DNA of 64,000 bases from Antedon mediterranea (Eukaryota > Animalia > Echinodermata): contig NC_092673.1 in assembly GCF_964355755.1 (NCBI RefSeq), forward strand, positions 13,736,948 to 13,800,947. The letters run 5' to 3'. Positions within the stretch are counted from its first letter, which is position 1, and every line of letters starts with the position of its first letter. The notes beneath the pieces were generated by a model. That model saw nothing but the letters and a program-made list of their open reading frames with translations, ran no database searches and was not told the origin of the DNA. Positions 62,529 through 64,000 of the stretch are shown piece after piece. Position numbers and translations under genes: made by a program.

Positions 62529-63065
62529 CAGGCAGAAACGAATAGTGCAAGGGGAAAGCGAGTTTGCATTCATAAGTTGTTGACTAGGTGGTTCTCATTT
62601 CAGACAGCATCGGATACGGAATATCACCAAGTAAACACTAGCTCATTTATCAAAGAAAGCCAAGTACCCAGTCATCCTAATGGGTACCTTCCAACAAGAT
62701 ACTTCAAGGAAAACAAAAAAATTCCCTATCACCTGCCAAAAGAATTAATGAAAATTAATCTAGGTGATGTTCATGAAATGATTCCTGCCGAAACTACCTG
62801 CACCTCCTGTGTGAATAACTCGTTGTGATTACCAAAATGCATCAACAGACATGCATCTATCGTAACAATGAATGGCATTATTAGAGGTTGGTCATCTGGT
62901 TTTAGTTTTTAACAACGCATTAGATTTACTGTATACTGTATATATTGTTGTGGAAGTTGTAACGTTTGTTAATCTACAGCTTATATTCAGTATTAAGTGT
63001 TGTTACAATTTTAATTTTTTTTCTTTTACAGATGTGCACATGTACAGAAAAGTGTGTAATGGACA
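62409..63065 (+). pseudogene. Cys-cluster transposon protein fragment (HMGXB3/KDZ-associated-like), spliced
   Basis: FSVY..RVVVHY, CIHKLLTRWFSFQT, ENKKIPYHLP, IPAETTCTSC, ASIVTMNGIIR | intron | DVHMYRKVC; (CTA)n at ~62493-62526. Family recalled from memory. Confidence 0.45.
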
Positions 63066-63158
63066 GACGTTAGATGTTTAGAATAATAGATAAGAATATC
63101 ATGCATGGAAAGTAATTAATAAGCCCTTTCACATTGCTAAAATGCATAGTCTAAGGCA

Positions 63159-63490
63159 CAGTTCCAACTACCAACTCAAGAATTGGATGATTTAATCAAT
63201 GGGACCGATTCAACAACCACAAAAAGAACTTCAAAATTTGGATGGTTAAGATTGCAGGCATTTGCAAAATTAACAAATACCTCTCTGGCTGACATTTCTC
63301 AAATATCAGGACCAGTTGCTATCGAATTTATACACTAGTGCAGGAAAGGAGGATGGTATAACGTACAGAAAACGCTCAATTCAGCTGATCAGGTATGCAA
63401 TACAGGTCATTATAATGACCTGGCCTAGACATTTGTGACAAAATCAAATTTCCAAGAAGCAATAAAGTCTACAAAGTTGTTCTTGTTAAA
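63159..63490 (+). pseudogene. Crypton-like (DUF3504/KCTD1-related) N-terminal fragment
   Basis: QFQLPTQELDDLINGTDSTTTKRTSKFG; LYTSAGKEDGITYRKRSIQLIRYAIQ; DICDKIKFPRSNKVYKVVLVK. Confidence 0.55.
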
Positions 63491-64000
63491 GTTTTTAATA
63501 AATTATAATAAAAACAACCATTTTGACCAATCGGTAAGGGATTAAATACTGGAGCAAAGTTGATAGAGATCCCATTCTTTAGCAGAATTTATAACTCTTC
63601 AGTAGAATTTATAATTCTTTGATTAGTAAAACAATGTCTATACGTCGTACAGAAACACCAAAGAAGAAAGTCTGGCAGTTGTGAAAACAACATTAATATC
63701 TGGGGTAATGTGTGAGGATTAGGCGGTTCATGTGTTCTGGGACGGAAAGACTGTACCTGCCGTAATCAGAAAACTTTCAAGTAAGTACATGCAGTAATAC
63801 AGATTAAGTTGCACTCTTTAGAACACGAACTTTTAACCTCTGTCTGTGTAATATCACTTAAATAGTCATTGATAAATAGATAGATAGACATATATTATAC
63901 TGTAACCTTCACCATATTGTTTATCATTGCAATAAAAGTGGGTTGCCCCCACAAAAGAGAAAAAAAAACTTCTAAAGAAAGACCACAACCGAGCTGAAAA

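Overview
AT-rich metazoan (invertebrate-like) genomic DNA made almost entirely of transposable elements and their remains; no intact host gene is evident. Main contents: degenerate Academ DNA transposons (1-2210, ~8020-13700, 18421-~19990); a Gypsy LTR/PBS/gag relic split by a deleted two-ORF CR1/L2-group LINE (2307-7070); an apparently intact single-ORF L2-type LINE (~14640-18252); a ~26 kb array (20522-46801) of two related non-autonomous Helentron-type (HINE/DINE-1-like) families nested inside one another; a Gmr1-like Gypsy element with integrase before RT, near-identical LTRs and internal deletions (49006-55032); a 4.2 kb PIF/Harbinger-type TIR element (55088-59256); several MITEs; and fragments resembling Harbinger, Crypton and KDZ-type transposon proteins near the end. 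The most unusual structure is the Helentron array: 5' hairpin heads are stacked and bodies/3' ends follow in largely last-in-first-out order, apparently because copies insert into the T-rich spacer just behind another copy's head. All family assignments come from motif recognition by eye, not database searches.
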